Origin: Bugula neritina
Taxonomy: Eukaryota > Animalia > Bryozoa
Assembly: GCA_964035545.1 (NCBI GenBank)
Contig: OZ037765.1
Coordinates: 31,929,504 to 31,993,503 of the forward strand
Length of the DNA: 64,000 bases
Reading direction: 5' to 3'
The notes beneath the pieces are model-generated. The model was not told where the DNA came from, did not search any database, and was given only the letters and a program-made list of their open reading frames with translations. Position 1 is the first letter of the stretch. The number at the start of each line of letters is the position of its first letter. A program made the position numbers and the translations under genes. Of the stretch, positions 1 to 14,799 are shown one piece after another.

Positions 1-74
1 CAATAAAAATATTATAAAAGAAATAAAAACAAATACAAGAATAAGCATATTGTGTAAAATTCTAAAAAATTCAC

Positions 75-3000
75 CAGAGTTTGATTGTTTTCTTTAATTT
101 TCTGGGCTTTGGCAATTTTGCTGAGAAGGCGTCGGTTTCTCTCAGCATGGAGTTCCTTCTTCTGCCTCTCGTATAATAGCTGAGTGTGGAGGAGCAGTAG
201 CTGTACCCTGGCAATGCTGGCATCATCAGTTGCCAGTGAACCTGATCACAACACAGATAGGTAAACTTCACACAGGATTTAGTAATCAGATACAACAGCA
301 TATTGTATGCAGCACAACTAGGACAACATCAAGTAAAACAGAGATTCTATAAAAAAATTACAAATAAAGTAGCTGTCTTTAAAAAGATAAAAATAAGATT
401 TCATCAAAAACATTTTGTGGTGGAAACTGATAATTATCAAAAGCTACAGACTCGCATACCACCAAAATGTGACCAGTTAACGAAAGGGCTGGATACAGAG
501 CCCGACTCCTGCAGCTGAATTTGCAAGGTAGAGCCGAGTCTAAGTTTCTCATTCAGAAGTGCCAAATGTTGGTCAAGCGCAGATGCTGGGCCTTGAACTA
601 CTTGAGTTTGGCTGCACTGGAGGCCTAGAAATTAAAACAAGTACGAGAAATTAGTAATAATTAGGTTTTTATGGCAATAACAAAGTATAGTTTATCGTTT
701 TTGTGAGTACCAGATGCAGTGTTAGATTCTCACAGATACCAAGTCTCTCATGAAAGCCAACAACATTTTAATCACTCCACAGAAACTGGGAATTACTGAG
801 AATGCAAAGCAATGCTAGGATACGTGAACTATTATTTAGTATTATTTTCAGCACCTGAAGAGGAAAGTGGCTGGCTATAAACAGAATGCAAGTCAGCGAG
901 ATCATCGGGCAGCTTGTGGCTCAAGGTCAAGGAAACAGAGGGTGTAGTGAGGGTGGTGGTACTGTGCCCCACAAAGTCTGTAGACGCTACATCTGGCTGA
1001 TCAGTTTTGGCAGCAGAGAGGGGAGATTTTGATTCGGTCTTTCCATTAGAAGACGCGGTCTATATCACACAAGTGCGTGTAGAGAGGATAAACACATGTC
1101 AGCAATAAACACTCAATATAAAACGTCTGCAACACTTGAACAAGCATATGCTGCAGTTGAACATAAGTCCATAGGCTTGCAATAAATACATCTGAAGCAA
1201 CCTTAAAAGTTAGTAATAATAATTTAACCAAAAATCAGGTTTCAACTAAAAATAAAATAGAGTAGCACTTCCTGTTTAAAAACCATCGGAGTTTATCAAA
1301 AGTTTTCAAATTGATAATTGAAAGGACAATTCCCAGACTTCTATTTTGCACTTATAAATAATCATATTTATAAAACAAAGTATACATTTATCAAGAGTAA
1401 GTCACTATGTCTCTTACCTGTATAGACGCACAGCGTTCTGTGCTAACATCATTGTTATCCTGAGATTCCTCGTGTATATCTTCAGTAAAGGTTGGGCAGG
1501 AGCCGGAGCGCTTCAACTTACCCTTGCTAATCTTATCTGCCTCATTCTCAGGCTGAGTCATACTAGTGAATCGGATACGGTTAACTGACTTCATGAACTC
1601 CGCCACAGAGTTTACCGTCTGCATGTCCGGCGGCTGAGTGTTGATAGACTCCACTTCCTCGTCTTCCGAGTCTACAGGAAATACCACCATATTGACCCGA
1701 GAAACTGCCATGGTGTATGACTACAGTTCACCAATCATCAGCTTCCCATGTATTGATATCAATTCACTGCAGCCAGTTTGGTGGAAGATATGCTCAGTGC
1801 ATTACTTTGGCGTTATGATCTTGTGTAGTTGCCTTCTCTTTTGTGGGAGAAGCATATTAGGAAATATTAGCTACGTATATTTAGCTCAAGGCTGCATTCT
1901 TCATAAAAAAACCAATTTATTTTTTCAAAATTGACTGTGAATTAGTGTATGAATTTATACTATACAATTAGGCATCACAATATATTAATACACCATGTTA
2001 CACTACTCTGCTTATAGTATTAGTAGAAAGTAGTTATACTAGTTAGTAAGTAGGAACGCATTCTTCTGTCGCGTAGAAACAAGATGAAGGTTTTCTACCT
2101 CTTTAGTGTAGAAACTGCTGAGCTTGAACTGATCTGGTGAATTTTAATGAACTAATTGTTCTAAGATTTAGTTAGAGGTAAACAAGGCAAATTTGCTCAG
2201 AGTGACTAAGATCAAACATTGATGTGTTTCCATGTCTTGAAGTGGCTGCAGTCAAACTAATATCCATACATAGTAAACCGGAATGAATCATCTTGAGATT
2301 CAACCAGGTATACGAGAATGCTACTTCTAACCTGTACTGACAACCGATAATAACCTAAATTGTTGCTATGGAGACAATAAACTTGCTAGTATTCCTGAAG
2401 GGCGAGATTGAAATGTGCTAAGATTATATATATATTAGGGTTGTTGCACAGCATTTCAACACAAATTGGCAGAACATAAATTTGGTACGACTCAAAACAG
2501 CTCCAAAAAATGCTTCAATGGCCAAATTTTAATTCATTTACATTTTACAAATTTTTTTCAAGATTCCAATTCTTTTGTGGGGACAAAGTGTATGCAATAG
2601 TTGAAACTAAAACCAGTATATATGTTGAACCTAAAAGACACATAACTATTATTAACGACATTATATTTCCAATTAGGCAACAGAAATATGATGCTAGACA
2701 TGTACTATTGCTGGTATCAGTGTCGTGTGTGGAACCAGTGTCTGATATCTTCTCCAGAAGGTGCGGCAGGTTGCTGACGGAGAGAGTGGTGGTGGTGTTG
2801 ACAGAGGAGTTCTCGGAGCCCACAGAAGTTATCTTTGGTATGTCAGTAGGAGGTTCAGACGTGAACTCCTTCCTTAGAGGGGACGGGGGGATGGACCCCT
2901 CAGTACTGATTCCAGAGAGAGACCTTTTGGTCCCACTCGCATGTCTAAATATACATAGAGAAGTGATGAGTAGAATTAGTAGGATTAGTATTTCCAATAG

Positions 3001-6000
3001 TACCATGACCATCCTAGCATTACTATTACTGCTACTGCTACTGCTGCTGCTGCTGCTACCACTGCTACTACTGCAGGGTTCACTACTACTGCTGCTGCAG
3101 TAATAGCAGCTACTATTGTGGCTGCTATTACTAGCAGTAAAAGTAGTAGCTGTAGTATTGGGGGTAGTGGTAGTGGTAGTAGAAGCAATAGTAGTGATTG
3201 TATAAGTACAAGTGGTCAAAACAGATTAATTTCTGTTGACAGTAACTATTAACAGAGAGTTTGTAACAAACCTGGACCTACAAAGACCTCCGCCACTTTC
3301 AATCAGGGGTGTAGTAGGGGTATTTTTAGGAGTGTACTGGGTAGGAGTGTTGTGACTAGTATTTTGAGGGGTCTTGGTTTGCCCAATATCTAAAAATACA
3401 CGCAGGAATATAGTGTAGAGTAATGTGACAAATGTAACATTGCATGTAACACAGATATAGGAAGGGTGTATGGCGGAGCAGTTACTAACAAAACGAGCAA
3501 GCCCCTCTAACATAGTGAGTCCATTACGACTGACAGCACTTTTTTGCCAAAATTAGCTGTTGGAAAGCTTCGGCCCCAAAATTGCTTAAACACAAAAAAA
3601 TCTGAATGCACCGCCTTTAAACAGTTGATCTGAAATTATTTTATGTCAAGATTCTCAAAAAAAAAAGTATTTAAGCCAGCAGCGACAGGGTTTCAACAGT
3701 GACCTATAAAATAGTGGCATCTGTCTAGAGACTAGAAAAACTTCAATTTTATATGCTGAGGTAATACATGGTAAGTTGAAGTTGAATTAAAGTACTATTA
3801 TAATTAATATAAAACAACAAACTCATGTAAAGTAAACATAAAAAGTAACATATATAAATATAAATACAATAATCATTTTACTGGAAGCATTGAGAGCAAT
3901 ACCAAATATCAGAATGAACACCACATGTTATTGCAATCACTTACTACTTTGAGGGGTGCCATTGTTTGGGGTTACAAATGTAAATGTTGTAGTATTAGTA
4001 ACAATGGAGCTTGGAGTCATAGGATCAACAGGTGGGGGCGTGCTTAACCCCAACCTATCGGAGGGGCTAAAGAATGTGGATGAATTTGCTGCCACCGAAA
4101 TCAAAGAGTCTTTAGCCATTTCAAGAGAGGCTGCAACTATAAGACAATACAATATAATTTAAGACAATACAATATAATATAATATAAGGCAAGATATTAT
4201 AATACAATACAATTTAATACAAGACAACATAATATAAAGGAAGACAATATAATACATTACAATGCAATACAAACTAATACAGAATAATATAATTTAGAAT
4301 ACAAAATAGTAAATCATATCATAATACATGAAAAAATTAATATAATACAAAACAATACAATATAAAATAATACAAGATAACACAATATAGATAGGATATA
4401 ATTGTTGCACTGAGCCAGGCAGTACACTATATATTATTAAGGTTATTATTGCTGCTACAGCTGCCCTACTATTATGGTTCATAGTATTATCTACTAACTA
4501 GTACTATTTTGGTGAAGGCCTGCTGTCGTGGTTATTGTAAATAAAGAGCTGTAGAATGCATCACAATGTAATTCATTTTTCACTAATGTTTTTGCTTTAC
4601 TTTAAACCAGAACATCAGGAGAAACCTCCCAACACTGGAGAACTAAGCATGAAACTCAACAAATGTGAAAAGCAAGCTTTACTATAAACAGAAAAAAAAA
4701 ACTCAGTTTCTGTTTATACACTGCATTTCTATGGCATGAGCATTACGTGAATAGATGCCCGTATGGAATAATTTGCGCTTGCTGTTCGCATTAACTTATG
4801 GTTGCGGTTTTGCGGCGATGCAACTATTTCCATGACATGAATGCGAATCATGGAAATGTAGTGATGGTAAACTAGCTGATATAGAGATACAATGACATGT
4901 AATATACAATTACACAGTTCCCTACTTTCATCTGACAGGGGGATATTGTCCTGAATAGTATCTTCCTCTATTGACACTTGCTCTGTCAGCGAGGCAGCAG
5001 AGGGCTTGCTAGGGTAATCCTGCAAGCACAATAAACTACGTTATATCACAGTTTATTATATAACATTATATAACGGAAGGCGTACATCTGGTGAATTGGC
5101 TTATCAGCGTCAGGTAGGAGCTGTCAATACAGGTAAGAAGTACGCATAGGATCAGAGAAAACATGTATTTCAGAAAAAAGCTCCAAGAAAAGATGCTACA
5201 CTTTCATGCAATTAAACATCATAGAAGAAAATGAAAGAATGAAGAGCTAAAAAGATCAGTAATCTGGAATACATAATAAGTTGGTACGTAACTCCAACCC
5301 TCCCACATCTGACCTTCCAGAAGGATAGATCTAAGACAAACCAACACATACTAGATTTTTTGACCACATTTACTGCTCAGAGCTGTGTCAGGGCCAAGAG
5401 TAGCTAAATCTAATCATATTTTTAAGGAGTAAAATCAAGTATGAATCATTCCATAGATCTCTGGCACAACACTTGTTGCTCTGTCATTGTGCTGCAGCCA
5501 AACTGATTCATTCAACAGAAATGGTGCTCAAAAAACACCATTACAGAGAATTACTTGCCATATTTACCTTCCAGTGTTTTTCCAAATGAATCCAAGTCAA
5601 AAATAAATGAGTGCAAGTCATATATAAATACAGTTGCGATACGCAAACAGGCTGTACTTGAAGTTATCCTACCACGTCTGGGACTCGATGGCAAGTAATA
5701 TTGAGTTCCACACCTGTGACGATTCGGTAGCGTCCAAAGAGAGGCTGGCACACTCCGCCACGATATCATGTGTAGCCTTCGACTTCCACTGATCTCCACG
5801 GTATTCTGCATCCTTGGAAGTTGTCACCAGTCCCGGATTAAACTTTATTGTAGAGAGCATTGGCTAAAACACGGAATAATTTTATGACAGAGACATTAAA
5901 TCTTTTAGGTGATGCAACACTGAATAAGCATTGGCACAAAACCCGATGTGCCGCACAAATAGCAAGCCTACTTTGATAGCTTTGTTGAAGAAGTCGGGAG

Positions 6001-8991
6001 ATAGTTTGTGTTTAGAGTAGAGATCTTGTAAAGCAGATATGTAGTGCCAGGGATACATGCCGTAGAGTCTAGTGAACATGGCGTAGACTCCAACATTCAA
6101 GTGTAGAAGATAAACATCAGGCACGCCATCTGTAGAGTAGTACAATACAAATAGCATCAAAACAAAGTTTGACCAAACTAATGGCTATGACATCATATTT
6201 TTCTCCTTTTATCTTTTGTTCCCGATTAAAATCATAGCGACACAACTCCAGTCATGAGTATCAAAAGGTATTATAGATTATTTTCCATCTGCATTACCCA
6301 GAAGTGCCCTAAACTTAATATTCAACAGGAAAATTAACTGCAAGACTGCTCAACATCATCAAAAGACTGTTTTAACACTAAACTAACTTCCCATTTAAAA
6401 CAGATAACTAAAGTAGTAGGGTATGCCCTTGAGTTGAGGCCTAACTGTCTACATTTGATTATATAAATCGACGTAGTAATCATAGCTGGTTTTATTAGTA
6501 CTAGTACTCGTGATTATTCACCTATTAGTCATTCACCTACTAATCATATACCTATTAGTCATTTAACTACTAGTCATTTAACTTAGCTTATATCTATTTA
6601 CTGACCAGCTTTGGTCATGTAACCAAATAGAAATAATTTCCGCTAACTGCAGATATTTGACACACTCGCCTATTTCACCAGCATATTAAATAAATGCTAC
6701 AGTTTCTACTAAATGTACAATCATCCTACTGTTATCTCTGATAATATAGCTTTAGAGCTACTGTCACCCTTGCCAATGTAGCCTTAGAGATATTGTTACC
6801 CTTGTCAACGTAGCCACCCACCTTTGTTGACAAAAGAGAAGTGAGTTATACGTAGAAGAGCTTCAAACATATCGTCAAAGTACTTCACCATGCCGTCGGG
6901 AATAACAGGAAGTAGCATGGTGACGATGTAAACAGCATCCAATAAAAGTGGCACCTGGTTTTCTTGCTTCATGCATCTATAAATGGCATAGCAGTACGAA
7001 AACAGGAGAACACAACATTGAATATAAAGACAATGATATAATATAAGACTAAGAATAGGTTTAAAAATTATTATTATTTTAACATTATATTTTTATAAAT
7101 TCGCTATATTGATTAAAATAAATGTATGCTCTAATCACTAAGGCAATAAACCAAGCAAATATGCAACAGGTCATTGATTATCCAATCGCAGAGCTTTTTT
7201 GCTCATAAAAATAACAAAATGTAAAAATATCTAATCAGATTGTATTCTTTAAAAACCAGGCTTTTTACCATGAAAAGAAAAACTATGTTGAATTGTAACG
7301 TCAGACTTTATCTGGTTTACTTGTATCGCGGGCGCTGCAGTCTATACACGAGTTTATTAGCTGCATTACCTGATAATATCTTTGAAGAGTGGCTCCTGGA
7401 CAATCTTGTACAGCCACACGGGTTTACGACTCACAATATACAACAACAGTTTAACAGTGGACTTCCTACTGTGCAGATCCTCATAGGTTGAGTGTAACTT
7501 TCTGAATACCACCTACAGCGTGCCCGACAGCGTTATATCATCATGCTATGCCAGCAGTGTTCAGAGGTTGTAAAACTTTATAAGAGCCTCAGCTACGGCA
7601 TGTTCTTGACCTCATAGAAGGTCTCACAGTCTTAAAAGATTTTTCATCAAACAATAATGGGAAAACTCTGTTCAACTGCCTGTTCTGCTATCACAAATGA
7701 CCTTATAGTTAAAGTTATAATTTACAAAATGCATGGCTATTCACTTAGCCATTTGCTTTATAGACATAGAACTTTTTTATAGATTGTGGCTCAAATCGTT
7801 TGTTTTAGTTTGATGGGCCAGAGAGACCCCTACTTTCATTACTTATTTCACCACTTGGCACAACAAAGTATCTCACAAAAACTGAAACAAATAACAATAC
7901 AAATAAACATTGACCTTTCAACAACTCTGGGTTATTCTTTTCCGCCAACACTCAAGTGTAGCACAACTCACCTTGTCGTGGTCGTTGTGGCTTTTAACAA
8001 TCAGCTCGGCAGCTTTCTGTGACTGAGTGCTCATGTAGTACGTGATAAGACTCTCCACCACCCATGAGTCTCTTTCTAGAAAGATAAAAAAAGATAAACT
8101 CGCTCTACACCTGAGAGCTACAGTATCAAGTTTCCGAGTTGCTGACCTAAAATCTGAAGAATGAAAGCACTAAATTAATACTTTGCAGTCAATTTTACCA
8201 CCAACTATTAACATGTGGTGCAACAACAGCATTTCTCGTTGTTAATCTTTTGACTACAACAGAGTATCATTAAGATAATAGCTCATAGTCTGCTAATTGC
8301 CATAAATTCCTGCATTAGATTTTCGATATTGCAAAAAATGTTTTCACAAAATCAAGTTAATATTGAATTCAGCAGTCTGTAGCTCATTTGCTTGTTTCAA
8401 CAAGTAACACATCTGCGGTGTCACTTTTATGTGTATTAAACAGTTTTCATGAACATATTTTTTCCTTACAAACACAATAATTTGCACCCAACAAATATTC
8501 AAAGTAAAGATATAAATGCATGTAATGCTAAATTTGTATGTATAACATAATTAATCACGTAATAAAAGATAATATTGAGGTTACAAAAGAGCCTGCAAAA
8601 TCTATGTAATAGCATAATTTTTAAAAATTCCTACATTATAATGCTTTGTTCAATAGAGCCATGTCATATTTTATACCAATAATCATGAAATTTCTGAGAT
8701 CAAAATGTAGCAATTTCAGATTAAGATAAAATTAAGAGAAAAAGGTAACTCACACTCCATGTTGAAAAATTTAATAAATTCAATAAATAAACTGGTAATT
8801 TTTTATATCATTCTACATTTGCAACAGCTGAAAAAAAACTTTTAATATATCTTATAACAAAAATGATAATAAAACTAAATTTTACTGAATGACTTACCAT
8901 AGAGTTTTAGACTGTTTACAAAATCTGTGACAGCTCGAATATCTTTACTATCTAAAAGTTGAAACGCAGTTGAAAGTTCTCTTCTTTCCAT
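75..8991 (-). CDS. TSC1: Hamartin (TSC1), multi-exon, 3' end beyond the left edge of the window
   Basis: Manually spliced GT-AG exons: 8898-8991 (MERRELSTAFQLLDS..), 7972-8075 (..WVVESLITYYMST..HDK), ~7370-7512, ~6822-6976 (..IVTMLLPVIP..), ~5971-6129 (VYLLHLNVGVYAMFTRLYGMYPWHY), ~5712-5863 (PMLSTIKFNPGLVTTSKDAE..WKSKATHDIVAECASLSLD), several Ser/Pro-rich middle exons, 460-624 (..VNWSHFGG) and 75-241 (QLLLLHTQLLYERQKKELHAERNRRLL). These match hamartin motifs (LYGMYP, HDVVIECAKISLD, VDWTHFGG, LLLHNQLLYER..RNRRLL). Confidence 0.95.
3018..3195. repeat. (CTG/CTA/GTA)n trinucleotide low-complexity tract in a TSC1 intron
   Basis: Runs such as ctgctgctgctgctgctacc and gtagtggtagtggtagtag. Confidence 0.8.
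4140..4400. repeat. Degenerate (ACAAT/ATAAT)n pentamer microsatellite
   Basis: Repeated aatacaatataat / aagacaatac units. Confidence 0.75.
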
Positions 8992-9070
8992 CTTTATATT
9001 AAATTATCTACAAAAATATTTAATTTGCATCAATATCAACATAATATGATAATATTTATTGCATGATACT

Positions 9071-9299
9071 GGAGTTGCCAAGACCACTGCTTTACTCGCA
9101 GTTGAAAGATGGAAAAATTGAGGGCGGCCTAGACTCAGATTTCAAGATGTTGCTAAGAGGAATATGAAATGGAGATCCATCAACTTGAGTTCCTGGCAAT
9201 AGGCGGCTGACAACAGAGTTGCGTGGAGGGCTGTAACTAAATTCAAGCCAAATCCATGAAACAGTCAGAGTCGTATCGACTGACTGCAAGAGAGAGAGA
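9071..9299 (+). mobile_element. 3' terminal fragment of an RTE-like non-LTR retrotransposon (degraded)
   Basis: Translates, with one frameshift and one stop, to LPRPLLYSQLKDGK../GRPRLRFQDVAKRNMKWRSINLSSWQ*AADNRVAWRA, the typical C-terminal tail of RTE-clade ORFs. Ends in a (GA)n tail. Confidence 0.75.
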
Positions 9300-9359
9300 C
9301 TATATTAAAGCTGTAAGGTCAACTCAAATCTCCACGTATTAATGAGGCTTACTTTTACT

Positions 9360-10290
9360 CTTAGCCATTATGATTATGACTATACCAACAGCAGTATTCT
9401 ATTACATTTAGTGTCAGTGTCAGTGTCAGTGTGAGAGTGTAAGGCCTGTGAATGCCATTGCGACTGTGTAGTTGTAAATTTATTTTAGATTCTCATCACT
9501 GTGACTATTGCTATGACTATGGCTATGCCTACAATACAGTCTAGAATCACCATGACCATGTCCATTGAATTTGATATATCCATGCTGATAATGATATACT
9601 CATAGTGATACTCATACTGATAGTCCTTATTCATTCACATTAAGTTTCAGTTTCATATTGATAATCATAATAAATTATTGACGGTGCCTAACAATTGATA
9701 ATCATAACCATGTTAAACTAACATATTCTCAAAATAAAAAATAAACACGATCTACATCATCATTATGATAGTGATTATGATTTTGATCATACTCATAGCC
9801 CTTTTACCCAGTTTTAGTTTTATTGTTTCAAATACAATGTTGTAATACTAATACTAATACTAATAGTATTACTAATACTAATAGTAATAGTAATACTAAT
9901 ACTAATAGTAATTATATTTAATTTTGTTTCAATCCTCTCATAGTCATTATGATGATCAGTAGGACTATCAGTATCAGTATGAGTATGAGATAATGAGCAT
10001 CACAGAGAGCATCACTATCAGTATCAGTATCACCAACATAAGCCTAAGGCTGTCTACTAACTCTAAGAGTAAGTCTTAATCTAAGGCATACTCATACTCA
10101 TACTGATAGTGATACTGTAACTGATAGTGATTCAGATTGGCTGATACTGATACTCACAATGATACTAATATTCATATTATTAAAGTTGATCACAGAAATT
10201 GTAACTAATGTTAAGAATAAGATTAAGTGATAGTGATGCTATAACTATCGTCTATTGCTATTAGTGCATTAGTATGGGTATAACTACAAG
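9360..10290. repeat. Period-3 (A-N-T)n low-complexity tract upstream of the TSC1 ATG
   Basis: For example gatactcatagtgatactcatactgatagt and aatactaatactaatagtattactaat. Confidence 0.7.
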
Positions 10291-10883
10291 GTAAATTTCT
10301 AAATTTAACAACCTGTACAAAACTCTACAGGAAACGAAGAAAACTTTGTAAGAATATTTCAAGTTGATAACGCCACAAACTTTTATAGCCTTTTTCTACT
10401 GGGCATCAATAAAGGAGTATCGAGGACGATCGAGAAGCAAATGTTCTTTGAAATAGCATTTGTTGCCCTTCCAAATCTTCTACTTTGAGGACCAACTAAC
10501 CGCGAATTTAACATGAAGAATTTAGGTTATACAATTGATATGAGAAGATAACTCTTACAAACCTCTCTAATCATCCCAACTAATTCGTATAAACTATGAA
10601 GTGTGTTTCACCACTGATAACCATATCAAACCATATTGATCCTCTGGTGGTGCACTTTACTAGAATGAAGGGACATTAAAAATACCACTGATGCCTCAGG
10701 AGCATCTCATCTGCAGATTTATTATTTTTTCAGGAGATATCCCAATTTGTCTTGGAAGTAGCATTACTACACAGAGGTAGATCTACAGTAGCAGGTACTA
10801 GTTCTATGTTATATAGTTGCAGATAGATTGCAATACAAATTACAATGGTAGCATTAGCATAGACATTCATTTACTGGGCACTT

Positions 10884-10894
10884 ATATATATATA

Positions 10895-10938
<44 letters not shown>
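10884..10938. repeat. (TA)n(CA)n microsatellite
   Basis: Directly visible. Confidence 0.9.
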
Positions 10939-12099
10939 CAAGAATCATAAGAATTGAGCCAAAGAATGAATGGATAAGTTGCTGAGATGCAACACACAGC
11001 ACAAGTTCTTGGTCGTTTATAGGATTCTACAGGTGGCATTTATGCTTTTGATTTCATACTGTGAAAAAAGCCACATAGTCTGAAAATAAGTGTAACATAT
11101 TTTATGCTTGTAGCACAATCAATAGAATGCTGTATTATTCTACCTACTATAGCATTCAAATATGAAGCTCAAGTTATAAAAAAAAACAAAAAAGTATTTT
11201 AGAAACAGGCAAAATTGTTACCACAGAGATATGAAACATAAATGGCTATATCACAGTGGTTATTTTATTTTTAAAAAAATATGTGAATCATAACTTAGTT
11301 CACAAAAGCATAAATAAAACTAACAAAATAAAAAATAGGATGGCTAATAGGTCTATTTAAGTGTAATAGCAGACTATGAGTGTAAGTCACTCGCACTGAG
11401 AGCACTACAATGATAAAACTAACATTTGTTTAGAAAATTGTGCTTACAAATGCCAACCTCAAATAACTTACTCATAAAATATAAAAAATATATCTTTCAA
11501 CTCTGGTTACAATACACATCATTTACCCATGCACATGTATCCTACATATATTGTATAGGTAGCAATAACATATTGAACATGCAGCAAACCTGTGTAACAT
11601 ACACATAGCATAAAATAATACTGGAAAAGTAAAAGCTGCATCTAGTTAGACTTCTTTCTTATTGGCTAATATGATTAGAACAGCCAATCAGTACAAAGTT
11701 ACAACATTACAATGAAATGAAATATTATTATAAACTGATTATTTCAAAACAATTCACAGCAGCTATTGCTGGGTTCAACAGGTTATAGAATTTAGATAGA
11801 AGATGCGTAATGTATGTAATGTACTGTGGCTCAATAGAGAAACCCATGATAAACATTAACAATATAATATAATAAACTTAAAATTTATATCATCTTATAA
11901 ATAATATTATTTAATTAAACTCATTACAATCTGGTAAAAATATAGTGGCCTGTGGCTATGATTTTATAGCTGAAACATTCGTGTAATGAAACTAAAAAGT
12001 AACCATAGTCAGTGTTTTTCTTGAACACTACAGAGTCAGCTCAACAAATCACAGCTTTGCATAAAACCCCACAGCTTAGCAGTTGGCAACTCATGGTTG

Positions 12100-14044
12100 T
12101 TAAGAAGCCCTTTCTCGGTTAGATTGGAAGGCAACAGTGTCAATGATGTGAGCAGTTTCCCAGGTGCTCACAGGTGCCATATGCTCAACTTCAGTAGTGG
12201 CACATATCACCTGATCAACAGGACTGACAGGTGTCATATGCTCAACTTCAGTAGTGACACATGTCACCTGATCAACTGGACTGACAGGTGCCTGTTGCTG
12301 CGACACTTCATGATCTACAGACTGTGCGATGGCATTATTCTCACCAGCACCAATTAGGCCAACTTGAGAACCGGAGTTGTCTATATTGTTGACAGGGTCA
12401 GCAGTGTTTGTGTTAGTGGCAGCAAATAATGGAAGTAGAGGTTTCTTTGGAGGTGGCTTAGGTATTTCACAACCTCTACTTTCTAGGAACTTTCTAGTCT
12501 TTGGTCTTCTTTCAGTGCACTGGTAAGCGGTACGGCCATGTTTGTCCTTGGCATTTATATCAACACCGAGAGAGAGTAGATACTCACACAATTTCACATT
12601 CCCGTAGAATGCAGCATAATGTAAAGGCAATTTTCCATATTCTCGATCAGGTATATTAATGTCAGTGGAGTTACCAGCCTCGAGTAAGATGTCTAGGATC
12701 TTCCGAGAATCGTCAAAGTCACCATAAGTAGCTACGCAGGCGTGTATAGGAAGCACTCCCCACTCGTCCCCTCTATATATATCCGCACCAAAGTCAAGCA
12801 GTACTTTCACACAGTCTATGGAAACCCGCTTGCAAGCCTTATGCAGCAAAGTTGTCCCGCAGTCACCTGTGCACCAGAAAGTAGAGTGAATACTTTATAA
12901 GAGACAACTTATGAGAACTTTAACATGGCAAAAACTTTATCTATATTAAGCAGCATGAAAAACACTCATCAAACTTTTCCCAATATGTAAAAAGTAGGTG
13001 CATACACATAGGTTAATAGCAATACAAAAACTTATGGTCCAATAATCGGACATAGTGTACTGTGATTAGCGATTGAGTGATAATTTCAAATTAATTGTGC
13101 AAATTTTATGTGCTCGAAGATTTGCTTAAGTAGCCCAACAAACAAAATCTTGCAGTAAAACATTTTGGAAAGTCTATTAATGATGTATTTTAGCTTGCCC
13201 ATTCAAGATAGGACAACTTCATTTAGATGATTAAACTTTAATGTGATGCATGCTACCACAATATAAGGGAGCAAAAATAATTGAAAGGTTGAACCATTGC
13301 ATAAAAACCCATGATAAACCCATAACAAGCAAATGCCATTCTTCTTTAGAAAATTCCCTTCCCCTCAATAATTTAATGTGATGATAAGCAAAGGAGTGAA
13401 TACAACTTGTTTCTGTCAAATTTTTGTTTAATCAAGCTGAAAAACATATTACTAACATTTTGAAAAAAACAATGGTTTAGCATAAATTACAAATGAAATT
13501 GTTTGGTCCAACAGAAATATAGCTCATCAACTAACTTTTTAGGCTACATTGGGCAGCAGAAAAATAAGACTAAATCTTATTGAAATAAACACAAAATTTA
13601 CCTCAAAAACTTTCTTACTAATTAAACTACACATAAATATTTTAATTTTAAATCACTTATAGGTTTAACTTGCCGAAAAGGTATTTTCATTTGTCACTAA
13701 AAATTTGTAGTATAAAAGTTTGAACATTTGTGCCTCTTCTCTAGAAGCTTGCCTTACGTATTCAGTAATTGATAATGTGCAGTTCATCAGCACAAACCTG
13801 TTTCATTAGGGTTTCCCCCAAACTCTAACAAGGTTCTCAGACACTCGGGTTCATTCCTATAAATACAGAACTTAAGGGGGGTTGTGTACACCGGACTCAA
13901 CTCCATGCAGTTGTCGTCAGGTATGAACTGCTTCTGAAGGAGAAGAGGGATGGCTATCTGGTAGCGATTAAGAACCTCCAACAGTGCATCTGTGTCGCCA
14001 GCTATGATAGGGGACTGTAGCACTGACATGCTGTTCCCACACAT
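12100..14044 (-). CDS. Ankyrin repeat-containing protein (two coding exons, 13798-14044 and 12100-12866)
   Basis: A phase-1 GT-AG intron joins ..TPLKFCIYRNEPECLRTLLEFGGNPNET|G to DCGTTLLHKAC... Ankyrin motifs include GVLPIHAC and YGKLPLHYAAFYGNVKLCEYLLSLGVDINAKDKHGRTA. Start codon uncertain (14044 or MSVLQ). Confidence 0.88.
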
Positions 14045-14799
14045 CTAGTAACATCACAATAAGTTGCTACACTCTCAGGCAATATAAATATTGGACACTC
14101 AGTCTTTTTACAGAGTATCTTCACTGCAAAACAGCTTACTATTTTAGTTGGGTAAATTGGCAATGGTAAAAGATGTCCAACAAAAGTACATGCAGTGTTC
14201 CTTATTAGGAGCCTTGACCTAAAGGTTAGAGCGTTTAACTTCCCCCCCCCCCCGTTTTTAAGTATGAATAAACCATGATGATTGACCATGTGTCTGTTCT
14301 AGCAGATTAATGTGTATTCTAGAACATGTCGGAGCTAATGCACATACTAGTGAATCATACTAGCGCACACAACTTGCCATACTACAGTTCCATATGATAT
14401 TTGTCTGATTGCCTTTAGAACTTCATTAGGTTACAACATATGCTATAATTGGCAACATTTTTACAACTGGTAAATCAGTAGTACTTGTTTTAGGCTCAAA
14501 AACTTTATCTGTCATAAATTTTCGTATTGTTCAACTGCACAAAAATCAACTCACAGAGACTAACACTTATCACAATGAGAGTAAACTTGCAGATTATAAA
14601 CAAGTAACTTACACCGTGGAGTTGCAACTCAATCAGCATAGTTATGTACAACAATAAAGCGGCACTGAATTCCGGAAAAGCCAAAAGTAACTGAGACAAT
14701 TGCAGATTTTACACGGTCAACAAATATATGGTTTTCATAGTAAATAATTGATAAAAAAGAAATTAAGAAAATCAAAACAATTTAATTTCAACGATAATG

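Noticed and set aside
2510-3219. 197-aa and 224-aa ORFs with poly-L / poly-S
   Set aside because: A trinucleotide repeat read through into an internal TSC1 exon (~2700-2940); not separate genes.
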